Part shown: one piece after another, positions 9,429-17,690 of the stretch | Position numbering within the stretch: the first letter of the stretch is position 1 | Layout of the letters: each line of letters opens with the position of its first letter | IMG/VR virus record: IMGVR_UViG_3300042889_001272 | Coordinates: 124,001-188,000 of that record | Direction: 5' to 3' (one strand) | Length of the DNA stretch: 64,000 nucleotides | Notes under the pieces: model-generated | Database searches by the model: none | What the model was told of the DNA's origin: nothing | The model's input: the letters and a program-made list of their open reading frames with translations, nothing else | Made by a program: the position numbers and the translations under genes

Positions 9429-10592
9429 TTATTCTGTCAATCCTGCTAGCAGGCCTGCGTCATAGTATTTTCTAAATCGTTTTAATCCATCCCCGCTTTC
9501 GAGAACATAGTTCGATAATTTAGAACTTACATAATCCACGCCTTCTTGCCAAACATTAACTGCTTTTGAATTAGAGTATCCATCTTTAAACCAAATATCA
9601 AATTCACTATACCAATCAGACGTTGATTTATCTGCTTGCCAGTAAGATGCATCCCATGTGCTGTACAATAAACTTCTCAATATTGGTTCATGAATTAGCC
9701 TCGAGACTTGATAGGTATTATTTTCTAGATGCCAAAATTTTTGCATCTCTGGATTGGCGCTTAGATATTTTTTAATAACATGACATTGCTTAATCAACAA
9801 AGGCACACAATCTGGACTCCAGTAAAAAAATTCAGCTGTACTGTTATTATAATCTGTTAAATGTTCTGAAACAGTTTGTTGGTTTGCCGACCTATCAATG
9901 AAATTCATTATCACATGATCTTTATAAGGACCTTTTGTGGGAATTATTATTTTAGGTTTTTCGACACCTATAATCATACACACGCTTTTTTCTTTGTCAA
10001 ATCTTTTACGGACTTCAGTGAGATACAAATAGTTAAATCGGGTTGCACCAGCTGGGTTCAGCCCTTCCCTTTTACTAAGAATCCAACTAGCATCTCCGGT
10101 GTTCTCCATTAATCCAAAGAGATGATCGCTCATGTCTGCCAAGGTAATTTTTGTTTTGGGTATTTTAGGTGAAATCTCTTTTAATCTAGGCAAGGTCTGT
10201 AGATAATGTTCAGCATTGGCATTCTTTGCGTCTTTATTTGCTGGATTTAAATCGACGAATTTTCCAGCTGCTTTTTCAAAATGGTTAACAAGTATTTCAT
10301 CAATGTGTAGCCCTTGGCGCACAAAGCTCATTAAAATATTGTGACTATCGGCGCCGCCGCTGTAACTTAATATAACATAATCATATTCATTTCTTAATTG
10401 TCTTGCTCGGCGATTATATAACTCATCTAATGTTTCTTCTGGTTCTATTTTCCAATTATATGATTTAAAAATTTCATCATTGAACATCCATTCGGCAGGT
10501 ACATTTACTTCATTGCTATATAATAATGCTTTTATCTTAGATGAGAATTCTTGCCCGTTGCATACGTAGTATCCTAAATTTTTGTTTATCAT
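9429..10592 (-). CDS. PP-loop (adenine nucleotide alpha hydrolase-like) enzyme, paralog 2
   Basis: ILSYSGGADSHNIL; shared blocks EPEETLDxLY, GLxIDE, GxEKP, EYFYW, YSTW...YQADKST.DW..EFD. Confidence 0.72.
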   Translation of the reverse strand: MINKNLGYYVCNGQEFSSKIKALLYSNEVNVPAEWMFNDEIFKSYNWKIEPEETLDELYNRRARQLRNEYDYVILSYSGGADSHNILMSFVRQGLHIDEILVNHFEKAAGKFVDLNPANKDAKNANAEHYLQTLPRLKEISPKIPKTKITLADMSDHLFGLMENTGDASWILSKREGLNPAGATRFNYLYLTEVRKRFDKEKSVCMIIGVEKPKIIIPTKGPYKDHVIMNFIDRSANQQTVSEHLTDYNNSTAEFFYWSPDCVPLLIKQCHVIKKYLSANPEMQKFWHLENNTYQVSRLIHEPILRSLLYSTWDASYWQADKSTSDWYSEFDIWFKDGYSNSKAVNVWQEGVDYVSSKLSNYVLESGDGLKRFRKYYDAGLLAGLTE

Positions 10593-10664
10593 TGACAGTA
10601 CCTGGTAAATAACTTTATAATTTATTTAGTAAACAAAAATGAAATTTGTATTTAAAAACGGCAG

Positions 10665-11414
10665 ATGTTAAATACTACTATGAACAAACAACAGCTCAAT
10701 GAATTGTTTTGTGGTATTGGCTACAAGGTTTTCAAAGATGTAGTAGATCCTGCTATTATCGACAAGATTAATAAAAAAACTGAATTGCTAGTTCCACATC
10801 GTGGCCATGCCATGGACCACAAATACTACACTGCTGATAAAGTAGCAGAATGTAAAGACTTGGCTGTTTGGTGGAGCCAAGAACTAAGTGGATGGCCTGA
10901 AGTTCAAGAAGTTACTCGTCAACTCATCAATACCGTCGGAATACTTTTTGACGAACCCGATTCATATATTGCAGACATTATTACCAATGAACCAGGTAAT
11001 ACACATATTAAACCGCATATAGACAGTCCGTATCGTTTTCCCAAATGGTGGAACGAAGATGAATTATTAGGTATACAATGTATTCTACCACTGTGTGAAT
11101 TTACATCCAAGAATGGCGGCACCGGCTTATTGCCAAACAGTCACAATACTCGCTGGGTGGTCAAAGATAGTTATGCTGGAAAATATAATGAAGAATTTTT
11201 GGCAGGAGTCGAACAGCCCAAAATGAGTCCGGGCGATGCGTTAATTTACCATCCTCGCACTCTTCACAGCACAATGCCAAATAACACTGATGTTTCACGC
11301 AGAGCATTACTTGTTCATATCACAAGTAAAGAAATGGCGAGACTGTTACAAGCAGAAGATACAATTTGGCAAGAAGAATCAAAAAAGATGTCATCTATGT
11401 CAACGAAATACTGA
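10665..11414 (+). CDS. phytanoyl-CoA dioxygenase (PhyH)-family 2OG-Fe(II) oxygenase
   Basis: HID...HST facial triad, NGGTGLLPNSH, PGDALIYH, RRALL. Confidence 0.85.
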   Translation: MLNTTMNKQQLNELFCGIGYKVFKDVVDPAIIDKINKKTELLVPHRGHAMDHKYYTADKVAECKDLAVWWSQELSGWPEVQEVTRQLINTVGILFDEPDSYIADIITNEPGNTHIKPHIDSPYRFPKWWNEDELLGIQCILPLCEFTSKNGGTGLLPNSHNTRWVVKDSYAGKYNEEFLAGVEQPKMSPGDALIYHPRTLHSTMPNNTDVSRRALLVHITSKEMARLLQAEDTIWQEESKKMSSMSTKY

Positions 11415-11482
11415 GCTACTGCGTTATATATATGTAGGGACAAAAATGTCGCCACAATTCATTAACCAAAAGGAAACTTAAA

Positions 11483-11773
11483 ATGAAAAATCTTATCGCT
11501 ACCTTAATCGTTGCATTTGCCGCAACATCCGCTTTTGCTCAAACACCTGCTAAGGTTGAAGAAGTTAAGAAGCCTACTGCCGCTACAGCAGCCGCACCCG
11601 TACCTGCTACACCAAAGGAAATGCCTAAGGTAGAAAAGCCAAAGACAAAAGCTGAAAAAGAAGCTGAAGCAAAGGCAAAGGCAGCTAAACCAGCAGACAC
11701 TAAAAGTGCTACACCTGCTGCCAAAGCAGACGAAAAGGCTGTTGCTAAACCTGCCACAGCACCTACTAAGTAA
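11483..11773 (+). CDS. secreted/periplasmic Ala-Lys-Pro-rich low-complexity protein
   Basis: Signal peptide MKNLIATLIVAFAATSAFA; AAGGA RBS. Confidence 0.8.
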   Translation: MKNLIATLIVAFAATSAFAQTPAKVEEVKKPTAATAAAPVPATPKEMPKVEKPKTKAEKEAEAKAKAAKPADTKSATPAAKADEKAVAKPATAPTK

Positions 11774-11957
11774 TTTAGAATTAGACGATGATGACTATGA
11801 TGGTGGTTCCAACGACATAGATCTTCATCGTGGCTACAATAGACTTAGACTTATTACTGTTGATTTTGACAATGATGAAGTCAGTGATTATGTAGCAACA
11901 AAGTTGGCACTGGCCCGTGAAAAGGCCATGCAGGCATACAGAGAAAAATGGGCTTAA
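11706..11957 (+). CDS. possible small protein overlapping the previous gene (+1 frame, GTG start only)
   Basis: Open frame with acidic DDDDYD segment ends at a terminator; start uncertain. Confidence 0.4.
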   Translation: MLHLLPKQTKRLLLNLPQHLLSNLELDDDDYDGGSNDIDLHRGYNRLRLITVDFDNDEVSDYVATKLALAREKAMQAYREKWA

Positions 11958-11970
11958 TTGCCCATTTTTC
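11943..11970. terminator. intrinsic terminator, bidirectional-type hairpin
   Basis: GAAAAATGGGC-TTAATT-GCCCATTTTTC, 11-bp stem with A/T tracts. Confidence 0.75.
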
Positions 11971-11975
11971 ATTTG

Positions 11976-12004
11976 TTGACATAAATTGATTTTGAGTATA
12001 TAAT
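11976..12004 (+). promoter_or_regulatory. early sigma70 promoter
   Basis: TTGACA-N17-TATAAT. Confidence 0.85.
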
Positions 12005-12010
12005 CACGTT

Positions 12011-12244
12011 ATGAACAAAGAAAAAGTAAACAATATCTTACAATGGACAGGCACGTTTTTCATCCTTGCGATGTATGTACTCATGAACTTCTTTAGAGAA
12101 TTGAGATTAGATCCAGTCTGCGGATTACTAGGCGGATTGTGCTATGCAACTTGGGCATATCGTGTTGCAAATAAACCACAGATGTTGGTCAATGTTGTAG
12201 CCATTACAGTATGCGTTATTGGTTTGGTAAAAGCCTTTAATTGA
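12011..12244 (+). CDS. small membrane protein (2-3 TM)
   Basis: Hydrophobic segments; directly downstream of promoter. Confidence 0.7.
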   Translation: MNKEKVNNILQWTGTFFILAMYVLMNFFRELRLDPVCGLLGGLCYATWAYRVANKPQMLVNVVAITVCVIGLVKAFN

Positions 12245-12279
12245 CACAAATTGGTTTTGGCAGTATAATATACACATAG
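12241..12279 (+). promoter_or_regulatory. early sigma70 promoter cassette, copy 1 of a 39-bp near-identical repeat
   Basis: TTGACACAAATTGGTTTTGGCAGTATAATATACACATAG; N17 spacer. Confidence 0.9.
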
Positions 12280-12301
12280 TTTAACAAAATAGGAATCCAA
12301 A

Positions 12302-12640
12302 ATGTCAGTAAATCTTAAAGAGTTAGTTGAAGCCGCTGTTTCACAGGGCCGAGTTGAAGCCGCTCGTAAGACAGAACAATTTTTAGCCAAACACGGTGAT
12401 CGCGATGCCTGCGGTTTTGCTTGGGTTACTGTTTTTGAAAAAGGTTCAACTAAGTTGGGCAAGGCGCTGATAGCCAACGGTTTTAGTAAATCTTACAGCG
12501 GTGGCCTCCAGCTTTGGGATCCAAGCCAGTCGTTTACACAAAGCATTTCTGCCAAAGAAGCAGGTGCAGAAGCATTCGTAGCAGTGATGAAAAATACTTT
12601 CCCTACTATGCAAGTTTATGCTGGTTCACGCATGGACTAA
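12302..12640 (+). CDS. early hypothetical protein
   Basis: 112 aa, AGGA RBS, own promoter. Confidence 0.8.
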   Translation: MSVNLKELVEAAVSQGRVEAARKTEQFLAKHGDRDACGFAWVTVFEKGSTKLGKALIANGFSKSYSGGLQLWDPSQSFTQSISAKEAGAEAFVAVMKNTFPTMQVYAGSRMD

Positions 12641-12679
12641 TTGACACAAATTGGTTTTGGTAGTATAATATACACATAG
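12641..12679 (+). promoter_or_regulatory. early sigma70 promoter cassette, copy 2 of the 39-bp repeat
   Basis: TTGACACAAATTGGTTTTGGTAGTATAATATACACATAG; one mismatch to copy 1; abuts the preceding TAA. Confidence 0.9.
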
Positions 12680-12700
12680 ACAGCAAAAAAGGAACTTGAA

Positions 12701-12883
12701 ATGGACTATGTTAAACACCTGGAAACTGTTACCAATTGGGGTATGTATCACAACATCCAAGGCGGCTTGTTAGAAACCTTGCAAGCCATGCGAGCATGTG
12801 GTTCTGACGAACTGCACCGCGATGAGCGCATGGCATTGCGTTGTTTGATGGATGGCTTTGAACAAATGCTTGCGCCGATGTAA
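12701..12883 (+). CDS. early hypothetical protein
   Basis: 60 aa, AAGGA RBS, own promoter. Confidence 0.7.
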   Translation: MDYVKHLETVTNWGMYHNIQGGLLETLQAMRACGSDELHRDERMALRCLMDGFEQMLAPM

Positions 12884-12888
12884 AACGG

Positions 12889-12917
12889 TTGACCAATATT
12901 GCCCATTCTGCTATAAT
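12889..12917 (+). promoter_or_regulatory. early sigma70 promoter
   Basis: TTGACC-N17-TATAAT. Confidence 0.8.
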
Positions 12918-12946
12918 AAACACATCAACTCCAAAAAGGATACGAG

Positions 12947-13231
12947 ATGAAACAAAGTCACACAATGTACATCTACAAAGCAGACAAGCGCACAAAAAGC
13001 GGCGAGCGACTTGTTAGCACCACTGTTTGGCAACATCGAGATGAAGCAGAAATGAAGCGTGAAGTTCGCGAACTGCAATATCAACTGTATCCTGTGAAGT
13101 TGGGTTTTCGCATTGAATTCTTTGCTACAATGAAAACTGTAAAGAATCTAATGACTGGCAAAGACGTGCAGATTGACCGTGACACTCCTTGGGCTTGTAA
13201 TCCTGCCAGCGAAACGTATTGGTCAATGTAA
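12947..13231 (+). CDS. early hypothetical protein
   Basis: 94 aa, AAGGA RBS, own promoter. Confidence 0.8.
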   Translation: MKQSHTMYIYKADKRTKSGERLVSTTVWQHRDEAEMKREVRELQYQLYPVKLGFRIEFFATMKTVKNLMTGKDVQIDRDTPWACNPASETYWSM

Positions 13232-13260
13232 TTGACATAAATTGAGTTTGGTTGTATAAT
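13232..13260 (+). promoter_or_regulatory. early sigma70 promoter
   Basis: TTGACA-N17-TATAAT abutting the preceding TAA; downstream ACATAGTTTAACAAAA shared with the 12241 cassette. Confidence 0.88.
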
Positions 13261-13290
13261 ATATACATAGTTTAACAAAAAGGAGTTTAT

Positions 13291-13560
13291 ATGAAAGCAC
13301 TTCAAGCATTTATTGTACAGAAGAATCATTGGAATTCATTCTTCAAAGGCGAACAGTTTGAGATCCAGACTGCCAAAGGTCGTCAGCGTGTTGCAGATAT
13401 GATTGACAGCTCTTTGAGCCCTGAGAACTTGACCTGCGATGGAGAACTTCCCCGCGCAGAGGTCAATCGGAGATACAAAGAGCTGTCAACAGCCGCAAAG
13501 CAGTTGAAGAAATTGGACCCCAGTGTTACATTCTACGAGTGGGAAGCGGAGATTGTATGA
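13291..13560 (+). CDS. early hypothetical protein
   Basis: 89 aa, AAGGAG RBS. Confidence 0.8.
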   Translation: MKALQAFIVQKNHWNSFFKGEQFEIQTAKGRQRVADMIDSSLSPENLTCDGELPRAEVNRRYKELSTAAKQLKKLDPSVTFYEWEAEIV

Positions 13561-13715
13561 GTGCAATGTCTAATATGTCAATTGAAATTCAAGGTATGCT
13601 TGAAGATGGTTACTTGCCCGTGACTATTGCTCGCCAACTTGAAATTCCCATTACTTGGGTCTTCGAGGAAATCGAACAAGATGAACTAAGTCCTTTTGAA
13701 ACCATTAATTCTTAA
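13557..13715 (+). CDS. small hypothetical protein (52 aa, not in the ORF track)
   Basis: ATGA overlap with the previous stop; MSAMSNMSIEIQGMLEDGYLPVTIARQLEIPITWV... Confidence 0.65.
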   Translation: MSAMSNMSIEIQGMLEDGYLPVTIARQLEIPITWVFEEIEQDELSPFETINS

Positions 13716-13720
13716 ACATC

Positions 13721-13954
13721 ATGAACAAATTTGATAAAGAAAATTTAGAATTTTTTATGCAATCCGATAAGGACACTATTCGAGATTGGTGCGAATGGGC
13801 CGATCAAGTTAATATGGCGTATGCTATGAAATTGATCCAAACAGAACTTTCTCGATTGGCTGTACAGTCTTTGACATTGGAAGACGACGTTGCTCATACA
13901 GATGACGCAGACCGTGCTATCTTAGAGATGCTAGAGAAATTTGACACAAAATAA
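13721..13954 (+). CDS. early hypothetical protein
   Basis: 77 aa ORF, 5 nt after the previous stop. Confidence 0.7.
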   Translation: MNKFDKENLEFFMQSDKDTIRDWCEWADQVNMAYAMKLIQTELSRLAVQSLTLEDDVAHTDDADRAILEMLEKFDTK

Positions 13955-13969
13955 TTTTGGTGTTATAAT
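13941..13969 (+). promoter_or_regulatory. early sigma70 promoter
   Basis: TTGACA-N17-TATAAT within the 3' end of the previous gene. Confidence 0.85.
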
Positions 13970-13990
13970 AACACTTTAATGGAGAGAATT

Positions 13991-14146
13991 ATGAAGCGAG
14001 AAATCATTACTGCTAAAGTTCCTAAACAGAAACGCCGTGCTGAGTTCTTGTTTCATAACGGTGCTTATCGCCCGCAGGTCGTTGCTAGCCAAAAAGTTTA
14101 CAATCGTAAAAAGTTGGCAAAAGTAATTGACACAAAAGGCGAATGA
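13991..14146 (+). CDS. small basic protein (51 aa, not in the ORF track)
   Basis: GGAGAG RBS; MKREIITAKVPKQKRRAEFLFHNGAYRPQVVASQKVYNRKKLAKVIDTKGE. Confidence 0.7.
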   Translation: MKREIITAKVPKQKRRAEFLFHNGAYRPQVVASQKVYNRKKLAKVIDTKGE

Positions 14147-14155
14147 GCATATAAT
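14127..14155 (+). promoter_or_regulatory. early sigma70 promoter
   Basis: TTGACA-N17-TATAAT. Confidence 0.85.
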
Positions 14156-14216
14156 AGTGATACGGTGAATGGTTCATCGTACACATTTTTTACACACAGA
14201 GAAAGAGAAATCTAAA

Positions 14217-14474
14217 ATGGCTACTACTAAAACTTTTAAAGTTATCGGCGTTTCAACACTTAATGGCAAGACTAAAGTTCGTTTTGCTAACGACTTTGCA
14301 GGTCGTATTAAGAACTTGGTGAAGAATGGTCACACTAATGTTGAGCTCTTTGAGCTCCCAGAAGTGATGACCAAAGAAGCAGGCCTAGCTTATGCTAAGG
14401 CTAATGCGTTGTTCGCTATCCCTGCTGACACAGACATCACCGCGGAAGACCTTGTCGCAGTCGCAGGCAAGTAA
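14217..14474 (+). CDS. hypothetical protein (likely start ATG 14217)
   Basis: MATTKTFKVIGVSTLNGKTKVRFAND...; followed by a hairpin. Confidence 0.8.
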   Translation: MATTKTFKVIGVSTLNGKTKVRFANDFAGRIKNLVKNGHTNVELFELPEVMTKEAGLAYAKANALFAIPADTDITAEDLVAVAGK

Positions 14475-14481
14475 TTAAGTA

Positions 14482-14501
14482 GGGGCACAGAAGTGTGCCC
14501 C
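14482..14501 (+). terminator. GC-rich hairpin, possible terminator or processing site
   Basis: GGGGCACA-GAAG-TGTGCCCC, weak downstream T tract. Confidence 0.55.
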
Positions 14502-14527
14502 ATCTTTACCTTTCTTAGGAAATCATA

Positions 14528-14758
14528 ATGAGTAGATTACAATTACATGGGCGTAACTATGTAGTGTTTGATGCCAGTAACAAGGAACATCGTAAGTGGT
14601 TTGCTGACTTTAATGCAACTCGTCGTTGGGGTAACTGCCCTGTGCGTTTTGTTGTCAACGATGATCACGGCGATTTGATCACCCAAGTACAGCGAGAACT
14701 AATCCAGTTCTACGTTGATAAAGAATTTAAACTAAACAAAGAAGTAAAAGCAAAATGA
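14528..14758 (+). CDS. hypothetical protein
   Basis: 76 aa, AGGA RBS. Confidence 0.75.
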   Translation: MSRLQLHGRNYVVFDASNKEHRKWFADFNATRRWGNCPVRFVVNDDHGDLITQVQRELIQFYVDKEFKLNKEVKAK

Positions 14759-14874
14759 CATATACTGCACCGACACCAATGCCTAAAGAAGGCGATAAAG
14801 TACGTAGTTCAACTGGCGGAGTCATTACATACACAAAGACAGGTTTGATCCACACTATGTCTAAGAATCGTTAA
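14755..14874 (+). CDS. small hypothetical protein (39 aa, not in the ORF track)
   Basis: ATGA overlap; stop abuts the next TTGACA. Confidence 0.55.
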   Translation: MTYTAPTPMPKEGDKVRSSTGGVITYTKTGLIHTMSKNR

Positions 14875-14903
14875 TTGACACAATTAAGATTAGACGTTAT
14901 AAT
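14875..14903 (+). promoter_or_regulatory. early sigma70 promoter
   Basis: TTGACA-N17-TATAAT before the AAA gene. Confidence 0.88.
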
Positions 14904-14938
14904 ACATTCATAGCAAAACATTTATAGGAGTATGCTAA

Positions 14939-16054
14939 ATGGCAAAAGTAAATAAAGGCGGAGTAGGTGAACCCCGTACAGTAAAGATCACAGAAGCAAA
15001 GCGTCTCGTTCGCCATGCTATGAAGAAAAAGCGTCCAGTGTTCCTGTGGGGTCCTCCAGGCGTTGGTAAATCCGACCTTGCCGCTCAGTTGGCAGATGAA
15101 ATGGGCGGCGCACTTATTGACGTCCGTTTGAACTTGTGGGAACCTACAGACATTAAAGGTATCCCTTATTATAACGCAAAAGAAAATGTAATGAGCTGGG
15201 CCCCTCCAGCAGAACTGCCTACTAAAGAATTTGCCTCCAAGCATCCTGTAGTAGTGCTATTCCTAGACGAGCTCGCAGGTGCGGCTCCTGCTGTACAGGC
15301 CGCGGCTTACCAACTTATCCTTAACCGCAAGGTAGGCACATATGAACTGCCAGACAATGTAGTTATTATGGCGGCAGGTAACCGCATGACAGATAAAGGT
15401 GTTACTTATCGTATGCCTACTCCATTGGCTAACCGCTTTGTTCACTTTGAACTTCGCGTAGACTTTGCAGACTGGAACGTTTGGGCACTGCAAAATCGTA
15501 TCCATCCAGACGTGGTAGGTTACTTGAACTACCAAAAAGCAGACTTGTACAACTTTGATCCTACAGTACATGACCGTAGTTTTGCAACTCCACGTACTTG
15601 GATGTTCGTCAGCGACTTGCTCGACGACGACATGACAGACAACGAGCAGACAGATACTGTAGCAGGTTGCGTTGGTGAAGGTCTTGCAATTAAGTTTATG
15701 GCGCATCGTAAGATTGCCGCAGACTTGCCAACTCCTGCAGATGTATTGTCAGGTAAGGTTAAAGAATTGAAGACTAAAGAAATTAGTGCTATGTATTCTT
15801 TGACAACTGGTATGTGCTACGAGCTCAAAGACGGTTACGAGAACGCTAAGAAGAGTGGCAAGCTAGATACATGGCACACTAACTGTGAGAACTTTATCCA
15901 GTTTATGATGGATAATTTTGAGGCAGAGATGGTTATTATGGGTGCCCATACAGCACTTAAGAATTACAACTTGCCATTTGACCACAAGAAGCTCAAGAAC
16001 TTTCCAGACTTCTTCAAACGCTATGCTCACTTGGTAGTGGATGTCAGCAATTGA
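14939..16054 (+). CDS. MoxR-like AAA+ ATPase
   Basis: Walker A GPPGVGKS, Walker B VVLFLDE, AAGNR, LANRF, TPRTW; AGGAG RBS. Confidence 0.9.
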   Translation: MAKVNKGGVGEPRTVKITEAKRLVRHAMKKKRPVFLWGPPGVGKSDLAAQLADEMGGALIDVRLNLWEPTDIKGIPYYNAKENVMSWAPPAELPTKEFASKHPVVVLFLDELAGAAPAVQAAAYQLILNRKVGTYELPDNVVIMAAGNRMTDKGVTYRMPTPLANRFVHFELRVDFADWNVWALQNRIHPDVVGYLNYQKADLYNFDPTVHDRSFATPRTWMFVSDLLDDDMTDNEQTDTVAGCVGEGLAIKFMAHRKIAADLPTPADVLSGKVKELKTKEISAMYSLTTGMCYELKDGYENAKKSGKLDTWHTNCENFIQFMMDNFEAEMVIMGAHTALKNYNLPFDHKKLKNFPDFFKRYAHLVVDVSN

Positions 16055-16406
16055 CATTGAAGACGAGCTCAAGGCTCACTTGGAGTATATGACTATAGAC
16101 AAGGAAAGGGGTATCCCTTTCCGGTCTGAAATGTTGGAATTGATCTACGGCAATATGGATTATGTTAGAAGTGTGTTTGGACCAGGCGAACTTACACGAG
16201 ACAGTATCATTGACTATTTCGACCTTGCAAGGACTACTTGGTCAGAGATAGACTACACAGATGGTCGAACAAGAAACGAGTTAATCAAATGGTGCAGGTC
16301 GATGAGTATCAAACCCTTGCATTACTATGCGCCATTGGGTACCAAGATCATTTGGTTTAAAGAACCAGAGTCAGCTTTTCTTTGCCGTTTAAAATTTGGT
16401 CTTTAA
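16041..16406 (+). CDS. hypothetical protein between the AAA and VWA genes
   Basis: 121 aa ORF. Confidence 0.65.
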   Translation: MSAIDIEDELKAHLEYMTIDKERGIPFRSEMLELIYGNMDYVRSVFGPGELTRDSIIDYFDLARTTWSEIDYTDGRTRNELIKWCRSMSIKPLHYYAPLGTKIIWFKEPESAFLCRLKFGL

Positions 16407-16435
16407 TTGACATTAAATAAGTTTAAGTGTATAAT
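16407..16435 (+). promoter_or_regulatory. early sigma70 promoter
   Basis: TTGACA-N17-TATAAT abutting the preceding TAA. Confidence 0.88.
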
Positions 16436-16455
16436 AGATACATACAGGAGCAAAT

Positions 16456-17649
16456 ATGAAATTCACAACAAAAGATAGACTTACTAAAGCCCGTGTTAAG
16501 ATGTTGCTTAAACATCCATTTTGGGGTAACTTGGCAACCCGTCTTAAAATGGTAGAGAACAGTGACTGGCTGACAACTGCCGCTACAGATGGTCGCCACT
16601 TTTACTATTGTGAAAAGTTTATTGAAAGTCTAGACGACGAAGAACTAGTTTTCTTGTTTGGACACGAAGTCGGACACATTGTCTATGACCACATGGGACG
16701 TCGTGGAGATAGAGATCCTCAGTTATGGAACATGGCCGGTGACTATCTTATCAACGATATGCTTATCCAAAACAATGTAGGCAAAAAGATTACCAAGGTG
16801 CCAATCCTTTGGGATCCTAAATTCCGCGACATGACAGCAGAAGAAGTCTATGACGACTTGTTTAAGAACGCTGTTAAAATCCAAGTTACTTTGGACATGC
16901 ACATGGACGGTTCTGGTGAAGAAGGCGAAGAAGGCAAAGGCAGTGACGGCAAGAGTAAGTCCAGTGGCATTAAGATTGACGAAGAAACTGCCAAGAAGAT
17001 GCGTGACGAGATGAAAGAAGCTATCCTGCAAAGTGCCCAAGCGGCAGGTGCAGGTAACGTTCCATCAGGTATCAAACGTCTTATTAACCAGTTTACTGCT
17101 CCTAAGATGCGTTGGCAAGACCTGTTGCGTATCCAATTAGAATCTAGTTTGAAAAATAACTATAGTTTTATGCGTCCCAGCCGTAAGGCTTGGCATACCG
17201 GTGCAGTATTGCCCGGCATGTTGCCAGCAGAAGAATTGGATATTGTAGTTGCCATCGACATGTCGGGCAGTATTAGCAATGAGATGGCACAGGATTTCTT
17301 GTCAGAAGTCAGAGGCATGATGGATTTGTATAATAGTTACAAAATCCATGTATTCTGTTTTGACACAGAAGTGTACAATCCCGTAACGTTCAGCGATGAC
17401 TACGGCGATGACATCGCTACATATGAAACAATGGGCGGTGGTGGCACAGACTTTGACGCTTGCTGGCGTTATATGAAGGAAGAAGATATTAATCCCAAAC
17501 AGTTTATTATGTTTACAGACGGATATCCATACGACAGTTGGGGTGACGAAAACTACTGCGACACGTTATTTGTTGTGCATGGTAATGAACAGATAGAAGC
17601 ACCGTTTGGCGTTACAGCACATTATACTTTTGACAACGAAACCGTTTAA
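16456..17649 (+). CDS. HExxH metallopeptidase-like plus VWA-domain protein (DUF2201-type partner of MoxR AAA)
   Basis: TAATDG, HEVGH, WNMAGDYLIN, MIDAS DMSGS, GGGGTDF, FTDG. Confidence 0.88.
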   Translation: MKFTTKDRLTKARVKMLLKHPFWGNLATRLKMVENSDWLTTAATDGRHFYYCEKFIESLDDEELVFLFGHEVGHIVYDHMGRRGDRDPQLWNMAGDYLINDMLIQNNVGKKITKVPILWDPKFRDMTAEEVYDDLFKNAVKIQVTLDMHMDGSGEEGEEGKGSDGKSKSSGIKIDEETAKKMRDEMKEAILQSAQAAGAGNVPSGIKRLINQFTAPKMRWQDLLRIQLESSLKNNYSFMRPSRKAWHTGAVLPGMLPAEELDIVVAIDMSGSISNEMAQDFLSEVRGMMDLYNSYKIHVFCFDTEVYNPVTFSDDYGDDIATYETMGGGGTDFDACWRYMKEEDINPKQFIMFTDGYPYDSWGDENYCDTLFVVHGNEQIEAPFGVTAHYTFDNETV

Positions 17650-17663
17650 TTTTATTATTTTTA

Positions 17664-17690
17664 AATAGGACCTTCGGGTCCTATTCTTTT
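17664..17690 (+). terminator. intrinsic terminator with cUUCGg tetraloop
   Basis: AATAGGACC-TTCG-GGTCCTATT followed by CTTTT. Confidence 0.9.

Noticed and set aside
8217-10592. PP-loop proteins as QueC completing the preQ0 pathway
   Set aside because: They share only the SxGxDS loop, are much longer than QueC, lack its Cys-rich Zn site and are not linked to folE/queE
12241-13290. Dispersed near-identical 39-55 bp repeats as a CRISPR array
   Set aside because: They are sigma70 promoters separated by whole genes hundreds of bp long, not 30-40 bp spacers; no cas genes
14897-17075. Long antisense ORFs (e.g. 14897-15244, 15263-15706, 16723-17040) and similar ones such as 5154-5705, 33856-34365 and 45548-46210
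   Set aside because: They lie opposite well-supported genes, lack RBS or motifs, and are expected shadows of biased codon usage
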